Assembly: GCA_030265395.1 (NCBI GenBank)
Contig: JARFYF010000051.1
Location: 29,766,835-29,830,834, forward strand
Origin: Rhina ancylostomus
Taxonomy: Eukaryota
Length of the DNA stretch: 64,000 nucleotides
Direction of reading: 5' to 3'
This document shows positions 1 to 12,300 of the stretch, piece by piece. Each line of letters starts with the position of its first letter. Within the stretch, counting starts at the first letter, position 1. The notes beneath the pieces were generated by a model. That model had not been told where the DNA came from, made no database searches, and saw nothing but the letters and a program-made list of their open reading frames with translations. The position numbers and the translations under genes were made by a program.

Positions 1-1530
1 CTCACAGGCTGCCTTGATGTCTGCCATAATTGGTACCTCTGAAGAGAATCCTGGTTTCTTTAATGAGAACCACAACTGTTTTGATGAGATTGCCCAGGAA
101 ATTGAGGAGCTGATTAACCTTAAACACAAGGTGTTCTGAAGAGAAAACAAACAGGTTTATAGACACCTGAAAGCAGAGGTCCAGCTTAAAACCCAGGATC
201 TAATGGATAGATGGTAGATGGACAGAGCACAACGGGTTCAGGGAACTCACTGACAACAATGGCATTTGCAGGTTCTTCAGTGCTATAAAAAGCCATCCAA
301 GGCAACAACAACCAAGGACTCAGCCTATTAAGAGCCAGGAACAGGGTTGAACTCATCTGGAACAGGAGCAATCAATGCCCACTGGAAGGAACATTTCAAA
401 GACCTCCTCAACTGCAACTCTGCCGCCAAATCCCAACTAAAGATTGACAGGGTCTTGGGAGCAGATGGTATCTCTACGGACATCCTAAAGCTTGAAAAGC
501 TTCAGTCACAAACCCATATTGGGGAAGAAAAGGATATTTCAGGGGATGCCAGAGAAAGGAGACAAATCTGACGATGACAACTCCTGATGGTACTGCCTGC
601 TATGCACCACATCACCAACGTTCCACTCAACGGCCTTCTCCCAGTGGCTGATGAGCTGCTCCCCGAAACATAGTGTGCATTCCATCCATCTGGAGGCATA
701 GAGGACATGATCTTCACTGTACAACAATTCCAAGAAAATTGTAAGGAACAGCATCAGTCACCATTCATTGCCTTTTTCTACCTCACTAAAGTCTTTGACT
801 TCATCAGTCAGGGGGGACTGTGGAACACTGTCCTCAAATCTGCTTGCCCATGGAAATTCATCTCCATCTGACAGTTGCTCCATGATGACATGATATTAAC
901 CAATGCCTTTACAAAAGAAGTATTTTCTATAAAGACTAATGTCAAACAAAGCAGCATCATTGCTCCAACATTTTTGTCAGTCGTTCTTGCCACCACATTG
1001 CATCTTGCCTTTAACAAACTTCCTGCAGATGTGGAGTTAATCTTAAGAACTTATGAGAAACTGTTTAACCTTTGGTGACCACACTGCAGGACCAAGATTA
1101 CCCAAATGTCAGTAGTTGAGCTACAATATGGCCATGGTGCTTGTGAATACTGAGGCAAAGCTTTAAGCCATCACCATTGCTTTCAGTGAAGAATATGAGT
1201 ATATAGGCCTCACAATTAACATCCGCAAGACAAAGGTCCTCCACCACCTTCTCCTCCTGTGCCACACTACTCTCCAACGATAAAGGTCCATGGCAAGACC
1301 CTGGAAAACATGGACCATTTTCTCCACCTTGGGAGCCATTTTCAGCGAAGGCAGATTTTGCTGATGAAATTTGCCACCACCTTCAATGTACCTGCATGGT
1401 CTGTGGTTGATTGAAGAAAAGGTTATTTGAAGATCAAGACCTCAGGTTTGGCACAATACCCATGGTCTGCCAAGCATCAGTGGCCCATGCCTTCCTTTAT
1501 GCTTCTGAGACCTGGAGTTCTTACAATGTG
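1..1530 (+). mobile_element. Degenerate RTE-clade LINE reverse-transcriptase fragment
   Basis: Frameshifted HWKEHFKDLLN, LPET..., DMIFTVQQ, LLHDDM, VKQ..IIAPT, LYASETW. Confidence 0.8.
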
Positions 1531-1599
1531 TATTTTAAGGAAAGCAGGTCTTTATTACTTATCCTAATTAACAACTTTAGAGGCTTCAATTAAATCTCA

Positions 1600-1930
1600 C
1601 CCTCAGTCTCAGTTGTTCCAAGGAAATAAGACGCAAACAACATTCAGGCATGGGTTGATAAGTGGCAAGTAATATTTGCACCATAGAAGTATCAAGCAGT
1701 TATCATCTCCAATAAAAGAGATGCTGTAAGCTAGCTCCTCAATTTCCTGATTTTCAGCTTTGAACAGGTCTGAAAGCCTATAATGAGTGATATTAAGCAT
1801 TTCCATCATCTGCAAAATACAAATCACAAACATGAAGGAATCACTCTCCACTTGCCTAGCTTAGAATAGCTGCAAGAATAGTCAAATTCAGAACCATCCA
1901 GGACAATACAAACTCCTTGATTGGGACTCT
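1600..1930 (+). mobile_element. CR1-group LINE remnant
   Basis: NIQAWVDKWQVIFAP-like translation; related copy at 5180-5580. Confidence 0.5.
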
Positions 1931-1959
1931 ATTGGCATCCCTGTATGTATGCTCATCTT

Positions 1960-2300
1960 CATTTTATTTGTGCTTCATGATGACATGCAAGCCATGATCC
2001 TAACCAAAAAGTCATCAAAAGGCTCAATCACAATGAATACCAATAATAGATTTTTTCAATCTTTCTGGTCATAATGCTGGATCTCACTTCACAATAAATA
2101 TTGAGTAAGTGAAGTTTATCTTTGGAACCAATAGGAAACTATTCAGCATACTCATGTGAGCTTCAGTAGTTGATCTGCAAAATCCAGATGAGTCTTGCTT
2201 TGCATCCACTCTGAGGCTGAACTCCAAGCCAGCGTCAATTTGTTCACTGAAGCATGTGAGAAGATGGCTATTCCACTCAACATCTGCAAGACAAGGGTCT
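1960..2300 (+). mobile_element. Second RTE-clade RT remnant
   Basis: LHDDMQAMIL...HSEAELQASVNLFTEACEKM..LNICKT. Confidence 0.6.
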
Positions 2301-2309
2301 TCTGTCTTT

Positions 2310-3335
2310 TAGTAGGATATGTGAACAGTCATTGTTTAGTGCCACTCAGACCCACTTGCCCAACTCTTTGTCTGGTACAGCAAAGGCTACATAAGAGCTG
2401 CTTCCTTCACCTGTGTAGAACTCATCACTTTTGCAGCCAATTTCCACTTGCTCTCACCCTCACAAGCTCCATCTCTAACTTTTCCCTTCCATCTTGGGAT
2501 AGGCTAGCCACCAGCCTCCACTACCTCGATTATACTTCCTCCCACCCTGCCCCCTGTAAGGACTCAATTCCATTCTCTCACTTCCTTCGTCTCCAATGAT
2601 AAGATATTTTGCACAAGTGCCTCTGAAATCTGTTCCTTCTTCCTTAACTGACGGTTTCCCTGTTACCATGGTGAACAAAGCCCTTCATTGCATCTCACCT
2701 ATTTTCCGCACTTCTGCTCTCACCTCTATGCCTCCTGAACGAAGCACANNNNNNNNNNNNNNNNNNNNNNNNNNNNNNNNNNNNNNNNNNNNNNNNNNNN
2801 NNNNNATCCTTCTCAATTTCTGCCAGCTCTAACAAGATTCCACCTTTAGACACCCACCTCCCTTATAGCATTTCGAAGGGATCACTCCCTTTTTGACTCT
2901 GTGGTCTGCTCCTCCATCCCCACCTGCTGCTGCTCACCATATGGTACTTTTCCATGCAAGTGCAGAAGGACCTGTCCTTTCACCTCTTCCCTTCCCACCA
3001 TCAAGGGACCCCAGAAGTCTTTTCAGGTAAGGCAGCTATTCACTTACAGTTCTTGCAATCTAGTGTATATCATCTGATGTTCACAATGTGGTCTCCTCTA
3101 TACTGGAGAAACCAAATGAAGATTGGGATATTGCTTTGCAGAGCATCTGGGTTCAGTTTGTAGCAATGACCCTAGGCTTCTGGTTGTCTGTCATCACCAT
3201 TGCACTTTGATCTCTCAGTCTCTAGCCTCCTGCACTGTAACAATGAGGCGCAATGCAAACTTGAGGAACAACACCTCACCTTTTGGACACGTTGTAGTCT
3301 GCAGGACTCAATATTGAATTCTCCAACTTTAGGTA
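2310..3335 (+). mobile_element. Penelope-like retroelement remnant (RT C-terminus + GIY-YIG endonuclease)
   Basis: YLDYTSSHPAPCKDSIPFSHFLRL, GTFPCKC, LLYTGET...FAEHLGSV. Confidence 0.8.
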
Positions 3336-3379
3336 ACTGCTGTCTTTCTTTTTGTGGCCGGAAGCTCAGAAACTGTTGA

Positions 3380-3540
3380 GAACTGAACATAGATGTTTTG
3401 CAAAGCAATCTCTAGTTCTGCATTTGGAGCAGATGACATAATGAACATTGAATACAGCATGCTAAATTGGAAGTAGCAGTGGTGAATCACTGCTTCACCT
3501 GCAGTGAGTGTTTCGACAATGCAAGGGAAAGAGGTGAATA
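3380..3540 (-). mobile_element. Inverted Penelope GIY-YIG fragment
   Basis: Reverse complement resembles 3024-3140 (caggtgaagcagtgattcac...ttcaatgttca). Confidence 0.5.
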
Positions 3541-4189
3541 TGCAGAAAACATGTTTCCATCATAATTGCCTTCCTTGTTTGCACAGGGTTCAGATGACCT
3601 ATAGAGGGCACCATGGTTTAATGTTGTTTACGTTGCACATGTGAACTGCTGCTACCATTAACTATAAAATCCATCCCTTTAATTAATCCATAACATTGTA
3701 GTGATATTGAATACTATGAAAGAGTTTAAATGTATCACTCACTTCTTTTGCATAATACAATAAGATGAATTACTGGATTTTCCAGAAAATTCCTTTAACC
3801 ACTGAAGAATTCAACATCTGCATTCAATAAGTGAGGACACTATCTGAGCAGGGACTGGGTCATATTTGTATCTAATTATCAAAACACATGGAATTACTAT
3901 CTAATGAATGGAGGTGAAAAAGCGGAAGTTTGAACATACTGATTGCCAGTCAATGGAATTTTGCTGGAGTCCTCCTTTGATTTCAATGGATGGAAATACC
4001 TAGGATGATTTAAGGTGTTTGTGTTTATAGATTTTATGATATATTTGAATGTTCAGGTATTATGGAGTGTGTTAGTTTAATTTTTTAATAGCTGGGATTT
4101 TTCATAATTCTACATTATTTATTGGTTTGGAAATGCTTTAGAATACTTCTGAATATCAGAAATATTTGGCAAATAGGACACTGATCACC

Positions 4190-4500
4190 TCTGTCAAAAG
4201 GCAGCTGAGAAAGGTGAGGGGACATGATTTTCTGCTGTCATTTATAATTTTCATGACAGTTACATTCACCCTGTGATGTCTTGATGGAAATCCGATTGCA
4301 GGGATCGACAGCTCCTTCTGTAAGAACTATTGTCATTTACCTGGAAGGTGAAAGCAGGTTCATGGACTTTAGAGGAAAAGAAGGTTGACGATGAGACAAT
4401 AGTTTACATGTAGTCAAGAGTTGGTTTTTGAGGGAAGAGGATTGCAGATTTGACGGAGACTGGGTGCTCCTGTCAAGAGAGAACAATTAGGAGGAGAGGA
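4190..4500 (-). mobile_element. Old L2-like LINE remnant
   Basis: Degenerate NYRPISNLPFLSKVLE-like stretch on the minus strand near 4360-4405. Confidence 0.35.
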
Positions 4501-5179
4501 GGAGCAGGAGCACCTGAGATCAGTGTTGCCCAACTTTGTGTTTGCCTAGGGGGTGGGGAAAGGTCAGTCTGAAACACTTGAGAGCCACTTAATTGTAATA
4601 TGTTTCAATTTATTCCATACTTTTGATGATTGACATATTTCACTTTATCTCCAGTGTAACTTTCTCTCTTGGACTTAAAAAAAAATTCTTTCAGTCCTTT
4701 CTGTCTCCCAATTTCATTCCCTTCTCTCAGTCTGTGTTCTCCTTGCTGATTCTTATGCTCCTTTGCTCACACTTACTGATATACAGAATATTGCCTGCCT
4801 CTCCCATCCTAATCCTTCACCTTTTCTCCCTTCAGCCTTTGTTTTTATCTATCCATCCCAATGTATTTTGCTTCTCATTCCCTGCCCTCCTCTATTCTCC
4901 GTTCCAACTCTTTAACTTCTGCCTACCCACAACATCGAAAACTTAACAGTTACATCCCATCTAAAAGCAGGAAAAAAAAAGCAATTTGTCAAACTTCCAC
5001 TCCTCCAGTTTACTTTCAGTCATCTGTTGATTGATGGAAGGTGTCAAACATTGTGCTGTCAAGCTACATTTGCTAAATAATGCTCAGTTTAATATTCATC
5101 AGAACCATTCTGCTCCTGATTGCGAGACAGTCTTGGTCCAAAGAAAAAGGCCAAATTCAAATCTCAGAGGTGAGCTGAG

Positions 5180-5580
5180 AGTGACTGACAATGACATCAA
5201 GACACCATTAGACCAAGCACAGTAAAGGAACTCTATGAAACTGAAGTCAATGAGGATCAAAGGGAAATCTCTTCCTGACTAGAGTGATAACAGACACATA
5301 GCAAGATGATTGACAATAAGGATGGCACTGCTGAATTCCTCAGGGCAGTGCCCTATAACTATTTATCTTCAACTGTTTCATCAATGACCGTTCTTCAGTC
5401 ATAGGTCAGGAGTGTGGGCATTGCAGAATTTTGAATTCTAGTTACAATTCCTCAGAAAAAGTACTCATGTTTTATGTAGCAAAACCTAAATGACATACGA
5501 GCATGGCCTGAAAAGTGGAAAGTAACACTTGTGCCAATCAGGTCCCACACAATAGCCACCTCCATCAAGAGAATTTAACC
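5180..5580 (+). mobile_element. CR1-group LINE RT remnant
   Basis: PQGSAL...FNCFIND; QNLNDIRAWPEKWKVT. Confidence 0.6.
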
Positions 5581-6022
5581 CATCTGCACCGCAGTACACA
5601 ATTGTCTTTGTGTGATTTGGAGAAGTCCATGAATTTGGAACTCAAATCTGAGAAGGGGTCTAACACTGCTGAAGACAAGTAGCAGGTGCAGTTGGGGCAG
5701 CAGATGTGTATATTTAGGGCTTTTAAAATGTAGTTTTAGATCCAAAAAACTTTGAGTTTCTCAGAGGACTTCTTCCCTGCCACTGAATGAACATCCTTCA
5801 ATTTCCTGTATAAGGATATGAAGGAAAACTGAAGTACAGCATTTGAGAATCTTGAGTGAATTTTGTGTTCCAATTGAATGCAGTAACCTGGATATTTGTC
5901 AATGTTATTGAGACACGGAGCAGATAAATTTAAATTGTAAGCAAATAACAATATTCCTTGATGTAGTTTTGAATTTAAAGATAAATTTATGACAAAAGCA
6001 GTGCATTAAATGCAGAAAGTAT

Positions 6023-6028
6023 TTTATT
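6023..6028 (-). terminator. candidate polyadenylation signal AATAAA
   Basis: About 190 nt after the stop codon, followed by T-rich sequence. Confidence 0.55.
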
Positions 6029-6215
6029 TCAGTTTTCCATTGAATAAAAGACAAATCATCTGGAAAAAGAAAGTACAGAAGATACATTGCGAAGAACCTA
6101 GTGGTTAGGAATAAATGATACTTAGTAACATTTTTCAATTATCACCAACTAATAGTTGCCTAAAAACAATGAGAAGTTAGAAAGTAAAAATCAGCAATGA
6201 GCTGGAAATTCCATT

Positions 6216-6384
6216 TCATCTTCTACTATCTTTACAGATAGAGCACTTGCACGTCTTTGCAGAAATATAGGAGTACTGTTTAGTTGATCCATTTGCACAT
6301 GTCAGCATTACTTCTTTTGTTTCAGTTGTATATTCTTGGCAGCACTCACAGTTATGCTTCATGTTATTTAGTGTGTAGTCAAAC
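6216..6384 (-). CDS. mucin last exon: CTCK second half and stop
   Basis: HNCECCQE...LTCANGS...Y...CKCSIC..TGA; 11 Cys in total across the CK. Confidence 0.95.
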
Positions 6385-9300
6385 CTAAAATATAACAAGA
6401 TCACAATGGAAGAATTCAGTCAGTGAAATGTATCATCTTACTATATTATATCCACTTTAATTACAAGACAAAATGTAGCAAACTGCAATGGCATCAAGCT
6501 GTTGTGGGAATTATTTCTACAATGCATTAAATATGTAAGAACAAAGTAATTTTAACTAATTAATGATTCATTTAAACAAAAGAATCACAGACTCAAAGTA
6601 AAAGAATAAAAAGAATCCCATCTGTATAAAGTTAGCATTCTATCTTTTCATAAAATTGTATGGGTTTGCATCATTACTGAATAGATATGACTTGGCTCAC
6701 AATTCACACAAAGACTTTTCACAGATTGTCTGGCACCAACCTAGAGATATCACCACTTGCCTTTTGTCTTGCCAGTCACTGGCAGCTGTGATATATGAGA
6801 CCAGATAAGTAAGTTTGGCCATTTCCCTAGATCTTGCTTCCCCCTACCTCAGTCAGGGACACATTGACTGTTTTCTTGGGAAAGTGGGAAGATAGAGCAA
6901 TGTCAAAAGGGGAACACACATCTTCTAGTAAACACCATTCTGGAGTTTTCTATATGGCCATATTGTCTCAGCAACTTTTGTTCTTTGTTAGATACATCAT
7001 TATATTTAACCCATCACAAGATTATTAAATTTACTTACATGGAAAATGAGTTGCATTTTCCTTCACATGAATTCACTTCAACTGCTGCTGTACAATTATC
7101 CTTGGTGATTGTGAGCTGTTTGGGTTGAACCTTACATGCTTCCACTGTTGGAAAAAACATGGAAATTAGGAGAAATCAGAGAATTTCACAATCATTTCAT
7201 GTTATGAAAAGCTATCATTATAAATAAATGGATAGAAGAGTTGAATGAGATGCATGTTTTCCTTCTCTAAAAGAACAAAACATTACTGTTATTGTCTCGA
7301 GATTCAGCAGGTGAAAGCAAATGAGCTCAGAGGATAATAGAATAATGAGAAGTCTGTTCATTGATACTGATATGCAAAACAATTTTATATTATTGTTAGA
7401 ATACAAATTTTTGTTAAGGAGACCAGTCGAGGTGTGGAAATGTCAGTCTATGGTAGGGCAGGACTTCTGACCAGTAATGTGTATCATGAGCCCTGCTGTA
7501 ATTCATTTGGTTGTTCCACAGTGAAATATAATGGGGCCAGATGCATCAGTCCTTTGTAAGATTAATGTAAAAAATTCAATACTAATGCTTTTTTAAAAAA
7601 ATCAGCATGTACAACTGTACTGAGTTCTCTGGAAGAGTATTTATTTCCTTCTTAAGAACACTGCAGATCAAGGAACTGAGTATTCTGGCACATTTAAATT
7701 TTCAAATCAGGTGCCATTACCCTCAGGTGGATCACAGGATTAAAAAATGGATCACTATCTCTGCTCCTTTAAATAAATGCCACTCTGCAGACTGGAAAAC
7801 TTATCATTGTTGGGTCATATGGGAAAATCATTTGGTTAAAGTGGGTCACTTGAAAAAAAGTTTGAAAACCACTGCTCCAGTGAATATTTACATCAGATTC
7901 ATCATCTGACATCACAGTAGGCAAGAAAGTCTAAGCAGTTCACAGTTAAATTCAATACTTCTGAAGTCTGGTCCCTTTTGTGAGATAGGAAGTGCATATT
8001 ATGAAAATGAAGACATTTAGAGCAGGAGAAATTTGAAGTTGTTACACAGTCTGCAGGGAGAATATATTTGTCAATTAAACTGCAGTGCTCAAAATGTAAC
8101 TACTTACGTTTCGAGGGACAGGTATAGCAGCAGTGATATTCATCCCAGTTTTTCTTAGACTAAACACAAAGGAAATATTGAACTGTTACTGTTGTATACA
8201 TATTATTTAAATATCAATTGTAATACATTATTTCATTGTTAAAATATATTTTCATACCGGAGATACACAGAAAATCCAAACTTAGGCAATAATTATAAAT
8301 AAATTATGGTTACATTTTCTCGCATGCCATCCGGATTAACAATATTTTTTCAAACATGTTGTTTTGGAAGATAGTTTTATGAATATTTATTCTTGTTATA
8401 AATGACAGGGATTCAGAAATAAGGAGAGGAAATGCTATTAGAACAATTTCAGTTGTGCAGTTAAATATGGACTGGTTAGGCCAAATGCCCTGTTTTTATG
8501 TTCCAACTTCTAGACATTTATCAGTGCTTAGTTCTGTGCTTCTTTCAGTTGGATTCTGGATTCTGCTGTACATCTTAGTCATTCTATGTAAAATTCTGAT
8601 TGTGTTTTAAAATTCTCCTTCAGTTTTATCTTAATTTTGTACAGCCTGACATATATCATATGCTCAGTAACTTTTAGGTAGATAGTTTTGACCAATTTTA
8701 ACCAAAAAGAATACTGTAGAATGAAACAGTTTTCTGACCAATGTCAGTGGTAAATCTTTCCTGCTGAGAATCATTGTAGAAAATAGCTGTGTGTTTCCAA
8801 TCCCTCCAATACATCTTTGCTCTAACTTAAACAGTGCTTTACAATTACAATATGCTGATTGTGGTTAGCCTTTGCATTCTGTAGTTATATGGCAGCTAAC
8901 ATATTGACATTGGGCAGAATTTACATAAATTGGTGCATGTAAATTGGTGCATTTGTGGCCCAAGGCCACAATTTGGTATTCATTAGCGCCCAGGGCCTCT
9001 GATGACAGGTGCCACTGAATTAAAGATAGTTTCCAGGAGTGGTAAGAACTTTACCTTGACCACTGAGGGAAGCAAGTGGGACTTGTGCCACAGCTGGGTC
9101 TTTTGGGTTGTGGTAAAGAGACAGCATGAGGGTGAGGGTTAAAATCACGAACAAGTGGGTTTGGGACAAGGGTTAGCTGCCAGTGCTGTGATCAGTGGTG
9201 AGGATGGAGTAGAGAAGATTTGGATCATTGATCAAGGATGGGTGCTAACAAACCAGAGGACTGTGATTGTCGTTTGGTTTGATGGGTTTGGTCAGGAGAG

Positions 9301-12300
9301 AACAGCAAACTTGAAGGATGGAGACAGTAGAATTTAATATCATTTTCAGGTGGTGGGGGGGGGGGGTTGATGAGGAAGGGGTGTACTTGAAGGAGAGTGG
9401 GTAAGTAACTAAATTGACTGGGGTTCCAAGAGCCAGAGGTCTTTTTTTAAGTCATGCAAAAGCAGGTTTCACAGGTTTGTTGAAAGCCTGCTTCTGCAGG
9501 AGTGAACTCTTGGGATGCACGTCAGAAGCATGGAAGAAAATTGAAGGAAAGTCCCTGAACATCACTGACAACTTGGGAGTGAACATCACCAACAATCTGT
9601 CCTGGACAAATCACATAAGCATCACATGGCCAAGAAAGCTCACCAGCACCTCTACTTCCTCAGGAGCCTAAAGAAATTTGGTTTGTCCCCTTTGACTCTC
9701 ACCAANNNNNNNNNNNNNNNNNNNNNNNNNNNNNNNNNNNNNNNNNNNNNNNNNNNNNNNNNNNNNNNNNNNNNNNNNNNNNNNNNNNNNNNNNNNNNNN
9801 NNNNNAATTGACCTGTACAATTGGTTTGTAAGAAAAGCTTTTCACTGTAACTCGGTACAAGTGACAATAATAAACCAATACCAACCAATACCAATGAAAC
9901 TTATTTAATATTTGTTTTTCATAGGAATTGATTGTGTAGTGCAAAAGAACATGGTGCTGCTTCTAATTTTTAAGCAAATATGTTAACTCTCCCGGCACCC
10001 AAAATTCAATGTTCCAAATGATTTTTAAAAGTTGGTCATCTGTTGGTCAATTAAGTTTACATGAAGAATTATGAAAAAAGCAAATCAGTATTTTAGTGTG
10101 AACATACATCATGATACAGAAATCTGCCATAGTTAGGATTTGTACAAACCTCATCACAGCTTGGATAAGAAGAGCATGTTAATTTTGTCTCTATCAGTAT
10201 GCCTCTTGAACATCTGTAGTATATACATGTAGAATTGGGATGAAACCATTGTTCTCCATCCTGAAAAAGAAAAGCAGAAATATTAACATAAAAGTGGTTG
10301 TCAACCCAAATAGATAGAAGCTCCTCCCAAGGATATTAAGAGTAGGTTATGGCTGTAAATAGTCATATTGTACAGGCAGCTCTGCTGTTTGCTGGGGAAG
10401 CCAACCTCAGCTGATGTACTAGTTAAATCAATAAATTAATTTCCTTGGGCCGGAAAGACAAAATCAGTTATGTTTTCTGTTCCTGATTAATATTTGTGGG
10501 TGTCAGCTGAAATTTGATATCTCTGGTGTAATTCTCCATATCTTTTAACCATCATTGTCAAGTTTCACATATGAATCGTGGTCTTTCTCAGGAGGTCCTG
10601 TAGGATAGTTAATGGCTGTAATTGAAGGCCCCAGCATAAGTGAGAGCATTGTGTAAAACTGATGGATAACTACAGAAAATAATTGGAACATGCATTCAGT
10701 GCCCAAATAAATGTTGTGAGGAATTAAATAAAGCTTTGGATTTCAGCTGAAAAATGATATTATGCTCTGAAAATCACTTCTTTCTTGAAAGCAGCCATTG
10801 AATTGACATGGGAACAAGCTAGCTTGGATGATTATACCTTATTTAGAGTATGCTTCACTTATCCAAAGGTTCAGCAGTACCATTTTCAGGAGACTACTTG
10901 AGGAAGGGACTATTCTTTATGCAAGAGCCAAGCCATACACCCTCAGAACACCACTGTAGCCAAGTCTNNNNNNNNNNGCACAAAGTAGATTTTCCGCAAG
11001 AAATTGTGCAATAATAATTAGCAAAGCAAACTCTGGTTGATTTATACAATTTCAATTGTAGTTAGATACATTGACGCTAAAGTGACATTTGAGGCAGCAA
11101 CACCAGGTAAATCCTTTGAAGATTATGCTGGAAAATAAGATATGTAGTGCAAAGATCTTGTATGGATCTGTCTGGAAAATAAAGACAGTTTGGAGACGAA
11201 TGTTAAAAATGAAATACTAAAGGCACGAGATCCAAAATGGAATTGGGTCTGATGCCGAACATAAGAAAGAGGAGCANNNNNNNNNNNNNNNNNNNNNNNN
11301 NNNNNNNNNNNNNNNNNNNNNNNNNNNNNNNNNNNNNNNNNNNNNNNNNNNNNNNNNNNNNNNNNNNNNNNNNNNNNNNNNNNNNNNNNNNNNNNNNNNN
11401 NNNNNNNNNNNNNNNNNNNNNNNNNNNNNNNNNNNNNNNNNNNNNNNNNNNNNNNNNNNNNNNNNNNNNNNNNNNNNNNNNNNNNNNNNNNNNNNNNNNN
11501 NNNNNNNNNNNNNNNNNNNNNNNNNNNNNNNNNNNNNNNNNNNNNNNNNNNNNNNNNNNNNNNNNNNNNNNNNNNNNNNNNNNNNNNNNNNNNNNNNNNN
11601 NNNNNNNNNNNNNNNNNNNNNNNNNNNNNNNNNNNNNNNNNNNNNNNNNNNNNNNNNNNNNNNNNNNNNNNNNNNNNNNNNNNNNNNNNNNNNNNNNNNN
11701 NNNNNNNNNNNNNNNNNNNNNNNNNNNNNNNNNNNNNNNNNNNNNNNNNNNNNNNNNNNNNNNNNNNNNNNNNNNNNNNNNNNNNNNNNNNNNNNNNNNN
11801 NNNNNNNNNNNNNNNNNNNNNNNNNNNNNNNNNNNNNNNNNNNNNNNNNNNNNNNNNNNNNNNNCTTGACTTCTGGATAACCAATTACACCTGCAAGCCA
11901 ACCTTTTGCAATTCATGCAAAAGCACTCCCAAGTCCCTCTGCACAACAGCACGCTGCAGTCTTTCACCATTTAAATAATAATTTGATCTTCTATTTTTTC
12001 CTTCCAAAGTGGATGACCTCACATTTACCAAGATTGTACTCCATCTGCCAGACCCTTGCCCACTCACCTATCTGTGTCTCTCAGCTGACTCTCCGTATCA
12101 TCTGTACGATTTGCTTTTCCACTCAATTTAGTGTCATCAGCTAACTTAGATACACTGTACTCAGTCCCCTCTTCCAGATTGCTAATGTATATCATAAACA
12201 GTTGCGGGCCCAGCATCGACCCCTGCAGCATCCCGTATTGAGATAATGCAGAACAAACAAGCCCTTGGGTTAAAGGGGAATGCATGAGACAAAGATCCTG

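Noticed and set aside
8910-9550. GC-richer islands (also about 15400-15750, 17800-18440, 19060-19560) resembling MITE-like elements
   Set aside because: I could not define terminal inverted repeats or target-site duplications by eye.
11123-11970. Long ORFs in the track (also 32777-33932 and 50967-51606)
   Set aside because: They consist almost entirely of N-gap codons.
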